A DNA stretch of 59,495 nucleotides, counting the filler. It is 5 parts of 5 records of this genome, joined end to end, with 100 filler letters (N's around TTAATTAATTAA, not from the genome) between each part and the next. Parts side by side here need not be neighbours in the genome. Positions count along the whole stretch, not along the records: positions 35,801 to 44,938 come from SRR20825006_941; positions 45,039 to 53,903 come from SRR20825006_954; 3 more parts are not named here. The stretch is one strand, 5' to 3'. The notes below the pieces were generated by a model. It had not been told where the DNA came from, ran no database searches, and worked only from the letters and a program-made list of their open reading frames with translations. Both the position numbers and the translations under genes were made by a program. Below, one piece after another: positions 39,716-48,131 of this stretch; position 1 is the stretch's first letter, and each line of letters opens with the position of its first letter.

Positions 39716-39787
39716 AAACTCAAAATGATAAATGTAAAATTATAAAGGCATAGAACTTTGAAATTTTACATTTTAAATTTTACATTT
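39716..39787. repeat. Inverted heptamer-repeat hairpin
   Basis: AAACTCA AAATGAT AAATGTA AAATTAT, a short loop, then GAAATTT TACATTT TAAATTT TACATTT. Confidence 0.75.
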
Positions 39788-39792
39788 TTAAG

Positions 39793-40956
39793 ATGATAAA
39801 GAACGTAGGAATCATAGGAGCAGGAACAATGGGAAGTGGTATCGCGCAAGTTGCTGCTACAGCTGATTGTAAAGTCAAACTCTTCGATTTAAGTCAAGAA
39901 GCACTCGATAAGGCCAAAGCAGCTTTAGAGAAAATATTAAATCGGTTAATTGAAAAAGGCCGAATCGATGTTGAAGAAAAGAACCGTATTCAAGATAACA
40001 TCTCTTATATTTCAGATATGAAGAGCTTTTCTGATGCGGATATGACTATTGAAGCCATTGTTGAAAATATCGACATTAAAAAGAAAGTGTTTCAGGAGTT
40101 GGAAAGCATTGTTTCTGAAGATTGTATCATTGCTTCAAACACCTCAAGTTTGTCGATTGCTTCCATTGCGTCATCACTAGATAAACCTGAACGTTGTGTA
40201 GGGATTCACTTTTTTAATCCAGCACCGTTAATGAAATTGGTTGAGGTTATTCCAGCAATACAGACTTCAGAAGCAACGTTGAATACGTCAGTAGACACTA
40301 TTGAAAGTTGGAAGAAAGTTGTTGCAGTAGCTAAGGACACACCAGGATTTATTGTCAACCGTGTTGCACGACCATTTTATAGCGAGTCACTCAGACAATA
40401 TGAAGAAGGCATCGCCGACTTCGCCACGATTGATTGGGCGATGAAGGAATTTGGAGGCTTTAGAATGGGACCTTTTGAATTAATGGATTTTATAGGAAAC
40501 GATGTGAATTACACGGTTACTGAAACTGTTTTTGAAGCATTCTATTATGACCCACGTTACAAGCCAGCGTTCACTCAAAAACGCTTTTCTGAAGCAGGAT
40601 ATTTAGGCAGAAAATCAGGTAAAGGCTATTACAATTATTCTGAAGGCGCTACGAAACCAGAGCCTAACAAAGATGCAGCCTTAGGACAAAACATTTTCAA
40701 TAGAACATTAGTGATGCTTATCAATGAAGCTGCTGATGCCTTGTTTTGGAATGTCGCTTCAGCAAAAGATATTGATAATGCGATGACCAAAGGTGTCAAC
40801 TACCCAAAAGGTTTACTCGCTTGGGCAAATGAAAAGGGAATCGATTGGTGTGTTACGGAATTAGACAAATTGTACAATGAGTATCACGAAGACAGGTACC
40901 GTTGTTCACCGATGCTGCGTAGGATGAAGGATTCAGGAAGTAAGTTTGAGGTATAA
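39793..40956 (+). CDS. paaH: 3-hydroxyadipyl-CoA dehydrogenase
   Basis: GAGTMGSGIA, ASNTSS, GIHFFNPAP, PGFIVNR, MGPFEL. Confidence 0.93.
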   Translation: MIKNVGIIGAGTMGSGIAQVAATADCKVKLFDLSQEALDKAKAALEKILNRLIEKGRIDVEEKNRIQDNISYISDMKSFSDADMTIEAIVENIDIKKKVFQELESIVSEDCIIASNTSSLSIASIASSLDKPERCVGIHFFNPAPLMKLVEVIPAIQTSEATLNTSVDTIESWKKVVAVAKDTPGFIVNRVARPFYSESLRQYEEGIADFATIDWAMKEFGGFRMGPFELMDFIGNDVNYTVTETVFEAFYYDPRYKPAFTQKRFSEAGYLGRKSGKGYYNYSEGATKPEPNKDAALGQNIFNRTLVMLINEAADALFWNVASAKDIDNAMTKGVNYPKGLLAWANEKGIDWCVTELDKLYNEYHEDRYRCSPMLRRMKDSGSKFEV

Positions 40957-40995
40957 AAAGCCTGGAGCTGTGAGCCTTTAGCTATGAGATAAAAA

Positions 40996-41030
40996 AGGCA
41001 TTAGGTATTTGGAAATAGGCATTAGTAATG
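40996..41030 (+). repeat. Left heptamer array of the four-helix-bundle cassette
   Basis: AGGCATT AGGTATT TGGAAAT AGGCATT AGTAATG; the last unit supplies the ATG. Confidence 0.85.
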
Positions 41031-41408
41031 AATAGTGATTACAATTTTAAGTTTGAGGATTTACAAGTTTATCAAAAGGCGATGGACTTTGGAGAAGTCG
41101 TTGACAAAATTGTAAAGGATTTTCCTAAACACGAATTATATACTTTATCATCTCAATTTAGAAGAGCTGCAGATTCCATTGCTTTAAATCTTGCCGAAGG
41201 TTATCCAGGTTCAGATGCTCAATTTGTGAAACATATTAATCACGCAATTTATAGCGCTAATGAATGTGTGAGTTGTAGCATAAAAGCTATCAGAAGAAAT
41301 TATATCAGTCATCAACAAAATGAAGAAAACAGAAAGTTAATTTCAGAAATGACAAAAATGATGTCTTCGCTTAGAAACAAAATCTTAGAACGAAACAAAA
41401 AGTACTAA
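41028..41408 (+). CDS. Four-helix bundle protein (23S rRNA IVP / bAvd-like family)
   Basis: FEDLQVYQKA, FPKHELYTLSSQFRRAADSIALNLAEG signature. Confidence 0.93.
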   Translation: MNSDYNFKFEDLQVYQKAMDFGEVVDKIVKDFPKHELYTLSSQFRRAADSIALNLAEGYPGSDAQFVKHINHAIYSANECVSCSIKAIRRNYISHQQNEENRKLISEMTKMMSSLRNKILERNKKY

Positions 41409-41416
41409 TCCTTATC

Positions 41417-41472
41417 AATTACTAATACCAAATCCCTATTCCCTAATGCCTATTTCCAAAACCAAAATCCCA
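41417..41472 (-). repeat. Right (inverted) heptamer array of the cassette
   Basis: AATTACT AATACCA AATCCCT ATTCCCT AATGCCT ATTTCCA AAACCAA AATCCCA. Confidence 0.85.
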
Positions 41473-41856
41473 AATAAAATGCTAAGTCAAGACCACTTCT
41501 CAACCTGGCTCGGCATAGAAATTATAAGTGTCGAAATAGGTCGCGTTAAGGTTGGAATGACCATTCGCAAAGAAATGCTGAATAGTATGGGAAAAGCACA
41601 CGGCGGCATTTCATACAGTTTAGCCGATACTGCTTTTGGATTTTCAGCAAACACACACGGAAAATATGCAGTAAGTATTGAAACTTCGATTAATCATATC
41701 GAAGCACTTGAAGAAGGCGATTATATTACTGCTGAAGCGGTGACAGATGTTTCAAAGAAAAAAGTAGGGTTCAATATTGTCGAAGTTAAGCGAGGCGACC
41801 AACTTGTTGCGCTATTTAAAGGCGTTGTGTACAGAACGAGCAAAGATTGGGAATAA
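41446..41856 (+). CDS. paaI: Phenylacetyl-CoA thioesterase (hotdog fold)
   Basis: D.FS.WLGI, MLN...AHGGISYSLADTAF. Confidence 0.93.
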   Translation: MPISKTKIPNKMLSQDHFSTWLGIEIISVEIGRVKVGMTIRKEMLNSMGKAHGGISYSLADTAFGFSANTHGKYAVSIETSINHIEALEEGDYITAEAVTDVSKKKVGFNIVEVKRGDQLVALFKGVVYRTSKDWE

Positions 41857-41904
41857 GCATTTAGAAAATTGTATTTTTAAAGGACTAACCATAACCTATT
41901 AAAT

Positions 41905-42768
41905 ATGAAATGGAAAGGTAGAAGAAAAAGTGGCAATCTCGATGACCGTCGTGGTATGAGTACCAAAGGTAAAGTCGCCGCTGGTGGTGGCGTGATTGCT
42001 GTTATTGTCATTTTACTCCAACTTTTTGGAGGTGAAACAGGTCAGCAAATTGCACCAATTGTTGAGCAAATCAATAATTCCAGAACGACGACTCAGCAAA
42101 CCACTTCAAGAGAACTCACTTCAGCAGAACAAGAAATGGGCGATTTTATGGCGACTGTTTTAGCAGATACAGAAGATGTGTGGAATCAGCTATTTCGTCA
42201 AAATAATTTAGGCGATTATAAAGAACCACAAATGGTTTTGTTTACCGATGTTGTAAACACGCGTTGCGGAAAAGCAAGTTCAGCTTCTGGACCATTTTAT
42301 TGTCCTGGCGACCAAAAAGTCTATATGGATTTAGCGTTCTTCAAAGAACTACGAACACGTTTTGGTGCAAAAGGTGGCGATTTTGCTATTGCATATGTCA
42401 CGGCTCACGAGATTGGGCATCACGTTCAAACCTTATTAGGAACATCACGCCAAGTTCAACAAGCAAAACAAGGACGTTCTCAAGCAGATGCCAATAAGTT
42501 ATCTGTGGCTCAAGAACTCCAAGCTGATTTTTACGCAGGACTTTGGGCGCATTACAATAAAAAATATTTGGACGAAGGCGATATCGAAGAAGCATTAAGC
42601 GCGGCACAAGCCGTTGGTGATGATGCCATTCAAAAAAGAACCAGAGGTTATGTTCAGCCAGACAGTTTCACACACGGCACAAGCAGGCAACGTATGGAAT
42701 GGTTTATGAAAGGTTTTAGAAGTGGAGATATGAGCCAACACGATACGTTTAAAGCCATTTTAAATTAA
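41905..42768 (+). CDS. Neutral zinc metallopeptidase (YpfJ-like)
   Basis: GRRKSGNLDDRRG, GPFYCP, AHEIGHHVQ, ELQADF, FTHGTS. Confidence 0.93.
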   Translation: MKWKGRRKSGNLDDRRGMSTKGKVAAGGGVIAVIVILLQLFGGETGQQIAPIVEQINNSRTTTQQTTSRELTSAEQEMGDFMATVLADTEDVWNQLFRQNNLGDYKEPQMVLFTDVVNTRCGKASSASGPFYCPGDQKVYMDLAFFKELRTRFGAKGGDFAIAYVTAHEIGHHVQTLLGTSRQVQQAKQGRSQADANKLSVAQELQADFYAGLWAHYNKKYLDEGDIEEALSAAQAVGDDAIQKRTRGYVQPDSFTHGTSRQRMEWFMKGFRSGDMSQHDTFKAILN

Positions 42769-42778
42769 CATCAAAATT

Positions 42779-42848
42779 TCAGTTCGAGCGGAGTCGATAA
42801 CAATTAAAACTCCAAAAGTCAAAACATCTCGACTCCGCTCGATGTGAC
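42779..42848. repeat. Inverted REP doublet
   Basis: TCGAGCGGAGTCGA (42784-42797) and TCGACTCCGCTCGA (42829-42842), ending in GTGAC. Confidence 0.85.
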
Positions 42849-42911
42849 AAATTAAATTATAATTAATACTGTCTTCGATTTCAAATTCGATTTCAGTTTC
42901 AAATTCATAAA

Positions 42912-44126
42912 ATGAAAGAAGCATATATCATAGACGGAACACGCACACCAATCGGAAGTTACCACGGCACATTATCTGCTGTTAGGACAGACGATTTGGG
43001 AGCAATGGTCATCAAACACGTACTAGAAAAAAATCCAAACATCCCAAAAGACGCATTCGACGATGTTATAATGGGTTGTGCCAACCAAGCTGGTGAAGAC
43101 AACCGCAACGTCGCAAGAATGTGTTCACTACTTGCCGGAATGCCGTTTTCGGTTCCTGGCGAAACGGTGAACAGATTATGCAGTTCAGGTCTTTCGGCAA
43201 TCATCCACGCTAACCGAGCAATAAAAGCTGGTGACGGCGACTTATTCATTTCTGGAGGTGTCGAGAATATGACGCGCGGACCATACGTGATGAGCAAACC
43301 ATCTAAAGCATTTGGGAACGACAGTAAGATGTACGACTCTAGTTTTGGCTGGCGTTTTGTAAATACAAAAATGCACGAAATGTACGGCACAGATGGTATG
43401 GGAAACACTGCTGAGAATCTAGTCGAGAAATACAATATCAGTCGTGAAGACCAAGATGCTTTTGCTTACAATAGTCAGATGAAAGCAACTAAAGCTCAAG
43501 AAAATGGGCGTTTAGCAAAGGAAATAATGACTGTTGAAATTCCGCAACGCAAAAAAGACCCAATACAATTCAGTAAAGATGAATTTGTAAAACCAACAAC
43601 TACGAAGGAAATTCTTGGTAAGCTTAGACCTGCTTTCAAAAAAGAAAGTGGTAGTGTTACTGCAGGAAATTCTTCAGGATTAAATGATGGTGCGGCCGCT
43701 ACTATTGTCGCTTCAGAAGATGCTGTAAAGAAATACAATCTAAAGCCATTGGCACGAATCGTTTCTTCTGCCGTTGTGGGTGTCGAGCCAAGAATTATGG
43801 GAATCGGTCCAGTAAAGGCGAGTAATAAAGCCTTAGAAAAAGCCGGTTTAACTATGGAAGATATAGATGTCATCGAACTCAACGAAGCCTTTGCAGCACA
43901 AGCATTAGCCTGCATTCGCGAATGGGGGTTAAAGGACGACGACCCAAGAATTAACCCTAATGGCGGCTCAATTGCCATCGGTCATCCGCTTGGCGTAACA
44001 GGCGCGCGCATCGCCTATTCTGCGGCTTTAGAGTTGCAGGAAACTAACAAGCGTTACGCATTAGTTACGATGTGCGTCGGTGTTGGACAAGGCTATGCGG
44101 CGATTATCGAAAACGTGAATTTATAG
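42912..44126 (+). CDS. paaJ: 3-oxoadipyl-CoA thiolase (PaaJ/PcaF)
   Basis: CANQAGEDNRNVAR, NRLCSSG, NEAFA, GHPLG, MCVGVGQG. Confidence 0.95.
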   Translation: MKEAYIIDGTRTPIGSYHGTLSAVRTDDLGAMVIKHVLEKNPNIPKDAFDDVIMGCANQAGEDNRNVARMCSLLAGMPFSVPGETVNRLCSSGLSAIIHANRAIKAGDGDLFISGGVENMTRGPYVMSKPSKAFGNDSKMYDSSFGWRFVNTKMHEMYGTDGMGNTAENLVEKYNISREDQDAFAYNSQMKATKAQENGRLAKEIMTVEIPQRKKDPIQFSKDEFVKPTTTKEILGKLRPAFKKESGSVTAGNSSGLNDGAAATIVASEDAVKKYNLKPLARIVSSAVVGVEPRIMGIGPVKASNKALEKAGLTMEDIDVIELNEAFAAQALACIREWGLKDDDPRINPNGGSIAIGHPLGVTGARIAYSAALELQETNKRYALVTMCVGVGQGYAAIIENVNL

Positions 44127-44131
44127 AATTT

Positions 44132-44242
44132 GGGCGTTACCTAAAGGTCGGGCTTTCGCTACTCACTTTTTTAATGCCGCATTTCGACTGCGCTCAATGT
44201 GACATTAAAAAGAGTTCAAACAAACCGCTCAATCCCTAACGC
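44132..44242 (-). ncRNA. Flavo-1-like repeated structured RNA
   Basis: Minus strand GCGTTAGGGATTGAGCGG...GCGAAAGCCCGACC..GGTAACGCCC with paired ends; resembles the Flavo-1 motif as I recall it. Confidence 0.65.
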
Positions 44243-44257
44243 AAAAAACAACACAAA

Positions 44258-44860
44258 ATGAAAATCCTATTAGTTGGTGGCAACGGAACCATCGGAAGAT
44301 ATTTAAATACAACCTTATCAAAGGAACACGAAGTCATCGTCGCTGGTCGTTCAAAAGCTGATGTCATAGTCGATATTTCAGATTCTGAATCTATCAAGGC
44401 GATGTACGAGAAAGTCGATAACCTAGATGCCGTAATTTGTGTAGCTGGCGAAGCAAAATGGGAAGTATTCGAAAATCTTTCAGAAGAGGATTTCTATATC
44501 GGTATTAAGAGTAAGTTGATGGGTCAAGTTAATTTGGTTCGTATAGGTAAAGACTATTTAAATCATCGTGGCTCATTCACATTAACCACAGGAATTTTAG
44601 CAGATGAGCCAGTATATATGACAAGTTCTGCTGCAATGGTAAATGGCGGTATTCATAGTTTTGTAAAAGCTGTTGCTCTAGAATTAGGAAATGGCTTGCG
44701 TATAAATGCAGTGTCTTCAGATTTAGTAGAAGATGCCTACGAAAAATACCGAAGTTACTTTCCAGGAAATATTCCTGTTCCAATGAAAAAAGTAGCAATG
44801 GGCTATATTAAAGCCATTGAAAGTAGATTAAACGGACAAATCATAAGATTACAAGGTTAA
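44258..44860 (+). CDS. Short-chain dehydrogenase (atypical SDR)
   Basis: LVGGNGTIG, SKLMGQVNLV, GSFTLTTG, RINAVS. Confidence 0.9.
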   Translation: MKILLVGGNGTIGRYLNTTLSKEHEVIVAGRSKADVIVDISDSESIKAMYEKVDNLDAVICVAGEAKWEVFENLSEEDFYIGIKSKLMGQVNLVRIGKDYLNHRGSFTLTTGILADEPVYMTSSAAMVNGGIHSFVKAVALELGNGLRINAVSSDLVEDAYEKYRSYFPGNIPVPMKKVAMGYIKAIESRLNGQIIRLQG

Positions 44861-44872
44861 TTAAATTTCATT

Positions 44873-44898
44873 TGTCACATTGAGCGCAGTCGAAATGC
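44873..44898. repeat. REP element, exact inverse of 44179-44204
   Basis: TGTCACATTGAGCGCAGTCGAAATGC. Confidence 0.9.
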
Positions 44899-44938
44899 AA
44901 TCAATGACAAATTTTGAAACGATATAAAATGAACAAAA

Positions 44939-45038
44939 NNNNNNNNNNNNNNNNNNNNNNNNNNNNNNNNNNNNNNNNNNNNTTAATTAATTAANNNNNN
45001 NNNNNNNNNNNNNNNNNNNNNNNNNNNNNNNNNNNNNN
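44939..45038. other. Artificial contig linker
   Basis: 44 N + TTAATTAATTAA + 44 N. Confidence 0.99.
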
Positions 45039-45086
45039 AATTAACAACTTCAGCATTTAATAAGGCTAAATTTAAATAAGACAATA

Positions 45087-46175
45087 CTAAAGGTTTCTGG
45101 TAAGGTTTCTAACAATTTTATACTCACCCAAAGATTCTTTTGCAATTACTTTTAAGGCTGTATAAGCAGGTACAGCTACTACCATTCCTAGTACTCCAAA
45201 CACCAAGCCTGCTATTAGTATAACTAAGAATATTTCAAGAGGATGTGAGCGTACACTCTTTCCAAAAATTAATGGCTGAAATATAAAGTTATCTAGTATT
45301 TGACACGCAATATACAACGACCCAACTTTAATTAATTTAGGTAGAATTATAGCTGAAAAATTAGATCCTAAATTGCTTGAGATAACAAACATCATCATTA
45401 AAACTCCAGCAATAGTTGGTCCTAAATACGGGATTAAATTAAGGAAAGCACAGATAAATGCAATTGCAATAGCGTTATCTATACCAAAGGACATAAGTAT
45501 AATGGCATATAATAGAAACAATATCGTTATTTGAAACGTTAATCCTACAAAGTATCTAGAAAGTAATATCTTAATAGTATGAAACACGCGTTTAAAACGA
45601 TCTTCATCTCCTCTGTTAGAAAATGCCAAAACACTGTTTAATAGTAGTTTGCTATCCTTTAATAAGAAGAAAGAAATAAAAATAATTGAGAACAACCCAA
45701 TTAATCCTGATCCTAAACTACCAAAGACATTATTTAAAAACTTTGGGACAGAAGTTATTTCAAAATTCTTGACAAAATCAGACTGTTTAAAGCCTTCAAC
45801 AATGTTTATTTGATTTACCCCTAAGAACTCATTAATTTGTCGGTTTAAGTCATTTAAATCTGTTCTAAAAGCATCTATGTCTATTTGGCTAAGATTTTGG
45901 CTCTGCTCCACAATTATGGGGACAAATAACAAGATAAGACCAATAAATATGCTGAGGAAAATGACGAGTACAATGATAACTGCCACAAGGTTTGGCAATT
46001 TCAATTTGTGCCTCATAAATAAGACTGCTGGTCTTCCTATTAATGAAAGTACAGCGGCAATACCTATATAAATAATAACCGATTGTATTTCCCACAAAAA
46101 GAAAAGTAGTATTAAGATACCAAGAATAATACCTAAGGCCTTTAATATCCCGTAAGAAATAGTTTTGTAAGTCAT
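45087..46175 (-). CDS. AI-2E family transporter
   Basis: Multi-TM; LNLIPYLGP, DNFIFQP, HPLEIFL, GMVVAVP. Confidence 0.92.
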   Translation of the reverse strand: MTYKTISYGILKALGIILGILILLFFLWEIQSVIIYIGIAAVLSLIGRPAVLFMRHKLKLPNLVAVIIVLVIFLSIFIGLILLFVPIIVEQSQNLSQIDIDAFRTDLNDLNRQINEFLGVNQINIVEGFKQSDFVKNFEITSVPKFLNNVFGSLGSGLIGLFSIIFISFFLLKDSKLLLNSVLAFSNRGDEDRFKRVFHTIKILLSRYFVGLTFQITILFLLYAIILMSFGIDNAIAIAFICAFLNLIPYLGPTIAGVLMMMFVISSNLGSNFSAIILPKLIKVGSLYIACQILDNFIFQPLIFGKSVRSHPLEIFLVILIAGLVFGVLGMVVAVPAYTALKVIAKESLGEYKIVRNLTRNL

Positions 46176-46197
46176 TGCGTACAAAGATATTTTAAAA

Positions 46198-46713
46198 TTA
46201 AAGCTTTGGTGTTAAGGTTTTGGTAATTTGAAATAATGCAATACCAGTTGCCTGCGCAACATTCATACTACTGTTTTTACCAAACATGGTTATATGTGTA
46301 GCAAAATCACAATGCTTAAGAAGTTGCTCAGAAACTCCTTTACGTTCAGAACCTATAATTAAAATAAGTTTGTTTTCTGATGATAATGGTATAGCATCTA
46401 TAGGTATGCTGGAGTCTGTTATTTCTAGAGCTATTGTTGTATATCCATCAGATTTTAGAGAGGTTATATAGCTACTAATGTCATCAATACGTTCAGAAGG
46501 CACAGTTGTATTGGTAGTTCTGGCGGTTCGTTTAAAGCGGGAACTATTCAGGTCAATATCACAGCGATATTGTACAATTTTGGTTATTCCAAAAGCATCT
46601 GCTAGCCTAAAGATACTTCCAAGATTTGCAGGACTTGTAAGTTGATCTAAAACAAGAACAATAGGAAATTGTGTGTTAGGAAATTTAGTTTGGTGGTGTG
46701 TAAGTTGGCTCAA
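46198..46713 (-). CDS. TrmH/SpoU family RNA methyltransferase
   Basis: PANLGSIFRLADAFG, IGSERKGV, SSMNVAQA. Confidence 0.93.
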   Translation of the reverse strand: MSQLTHHQTKFPNTQFPIVLVLDQLTSPANLGSIFRLADAFGITKIVQYRCDIDLNSSRFKRTARTTNTTVPSERIDDISSYITSLKSDGYTTIALEITDSSIPIDAIPLSSENKLILIIGSERKGVSEQLLKHCDFATHITMFGKNSSMNVAQATGIALFQITKTLTPKL

Positions 46714-47354
46714 TGTTCAAAAGCGTATTTAATAATATTGGCGCCCATTTGTAATGCTTTAAGCCTAACAGACTCAGGGTCGTTATGTATTTCAGGATTT
46801 TCCCAACCATCGCCAAGATCACTTTCAAACGTAAATAAAAGTACCAATCTGTCTTCGTGATATATTCCAAACGCTTGCGGCCTTAAGCCATCATGTTCGT
46901 GAATTTTTGGCAAGCCATTAGGAAATGGATATGCTATTGAAAAAATAGGATGATTTGCTGGTAACTCTTGCAACTCCTTATTTGGAAAAACCTTTACCAA
47001 CTCTTTACGTATAAACTCGTTCATACCGTAATTATCGTCTATATGCAGGAAGCCTCCACTTATAAGATAGCTTCTTAAGTTGTCTGCATCTTCTTCAGAA
47101 AAGAAAACATTACCATGTCCTGTCATATGCAGAAAAGGGTATTGAAAAATATCAATACTGCCAGTATCTACCACATTGGGTTTTTCGGAGATAGATGTGT
47201 TTATCTGTGCATTGCAAAACGCAATGAGATTAGGCAATCCTGTTGGGTTTCCGTACCAATCTCCACCGCCACCATATTTTAGGGTAGCAATGTCTTGTGC
47301 ATTACAAAACCCAAGTGTGAGTAGGGCAATAAGTGTAAGTTTTAGGCATTTCAT
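46710..47354 (-). CDS. DUF4159 family protein
   Basis: YGGGGDWY, PFLHMTGHG, GGFLHIDDNYG, DLGDGWE. Confidence 0.85.
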   Translation of the reverse strand: MKCLKLTLIALLTLGFCNAQDIATLKYGGGGDWYGNPTGLPNLIAFCNAQINTSISEKPNVVDTGSIDIFQYPFLHMTGHGNVFFSEEDADNLRSYLISGGFLHIDDNYGMNEFIRKELVKVFPNKELQELPANHPIFSIAYPFPNGLPKIHEHDGLRPQAFGIYHEDRLVLLFTFESDLGDGWENPEIHNDPESVRLKALQMGANIIKYAFEH

Positions 47355-47381
47355 CGTCTAAAAGTAACAAAGAAATTAGTT

Positions 47382-48131
47382 ATGAAAAAGATATTGTTCA
47401 CAATACTTTTGGCAATATGTATTGTTCTCGCATTTCAGTTTACAACTACAGAAGTATCAGAAGAAAATCCGACGTCCAACACGCGTACAGACCAAGTTGT
47501 ATTATTGGAGTTATTTACATCTCAGGGCTGTTCGAGCTGTCCTTCAGCAGATAGGTTATTAGATAAAACTTTAGCAAACCATAAGAATGTAATTGGGTTG
47601 TCTTATCACGTAGATTATTGGAATTATATAGGTTGGAAAGATCCGTTTAGTTCTAAAGTTTACTCTAACTACCAGCGTGCCTATGGGAGCAAGTTTAAGT
47701 CTTCTTCAATTTACACGCCTCAATTGGTTGTTAATGGTAGTTCACATTTTACAGGAAGTGATGCTTTAAAATTAAATAGAAAACTTAATGAGGAAAGTAA
47801 TTATGTTTCAAATGCCATCACATTTAACTCTGTTGAAAGCGTAAATGGCAGTATTAATTTGTCATTAGAAACTGAGGCTCTAGCAGAATTATTAACGGTT
47901 GTGTTAGTAATTAAAGAACGTGAAACTAAAATACCAAGAGGAGAAAACCGTGATAGAACGCTATTAAACACAAATATCGTGGTGGCAAGAGAAGTAATCT
48001 CTAATTCTAAAAATGCTTCAGTAGCCTTAAAGATCCCTGAAATTGTTACTGAAGAAGATGAGGTGATGTTAATTGCTTTTTCTCAAGATAAAGACCTACG
48101 TGTTAATGCAGCTTCACAATACGAGCTTTAA
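47382..48131 (+). CDS. DUF1223 thioredoxin-like protein
   Basis: ELFTSQGCSSCP, HVDYWNYIGWKDPF, YTPQ, RGEN. Confidence 0.92.
   Translation: MKKILFTILLAICIVLAFQFTTTEVSEENPTSNTRTDQVVLLELFTSQGCSSCPSADRLLDKTLANHKNVIGLSYHVDYWNYIGWKDPFSSKVYSNYQRAYGSKFKSSSIYTPQLVVNGSSHFTGSDALKLNRKLNEESNYVSNAITFNSVESVNGSINLSLETEALAELLTVVLVIKERETKIPRGENRDRTLLNTNIVVAREVISNSKNASVALKIPEIVTEEDEVMLIAFSQDKDLRVNAASQYEL

Noticed and set aside
41028-41408. Diversity-generating retroelement suggested by the Avd-like gene
   Set aside because: No reverse transcriptase and no TR/VR repeat pair on the contig.
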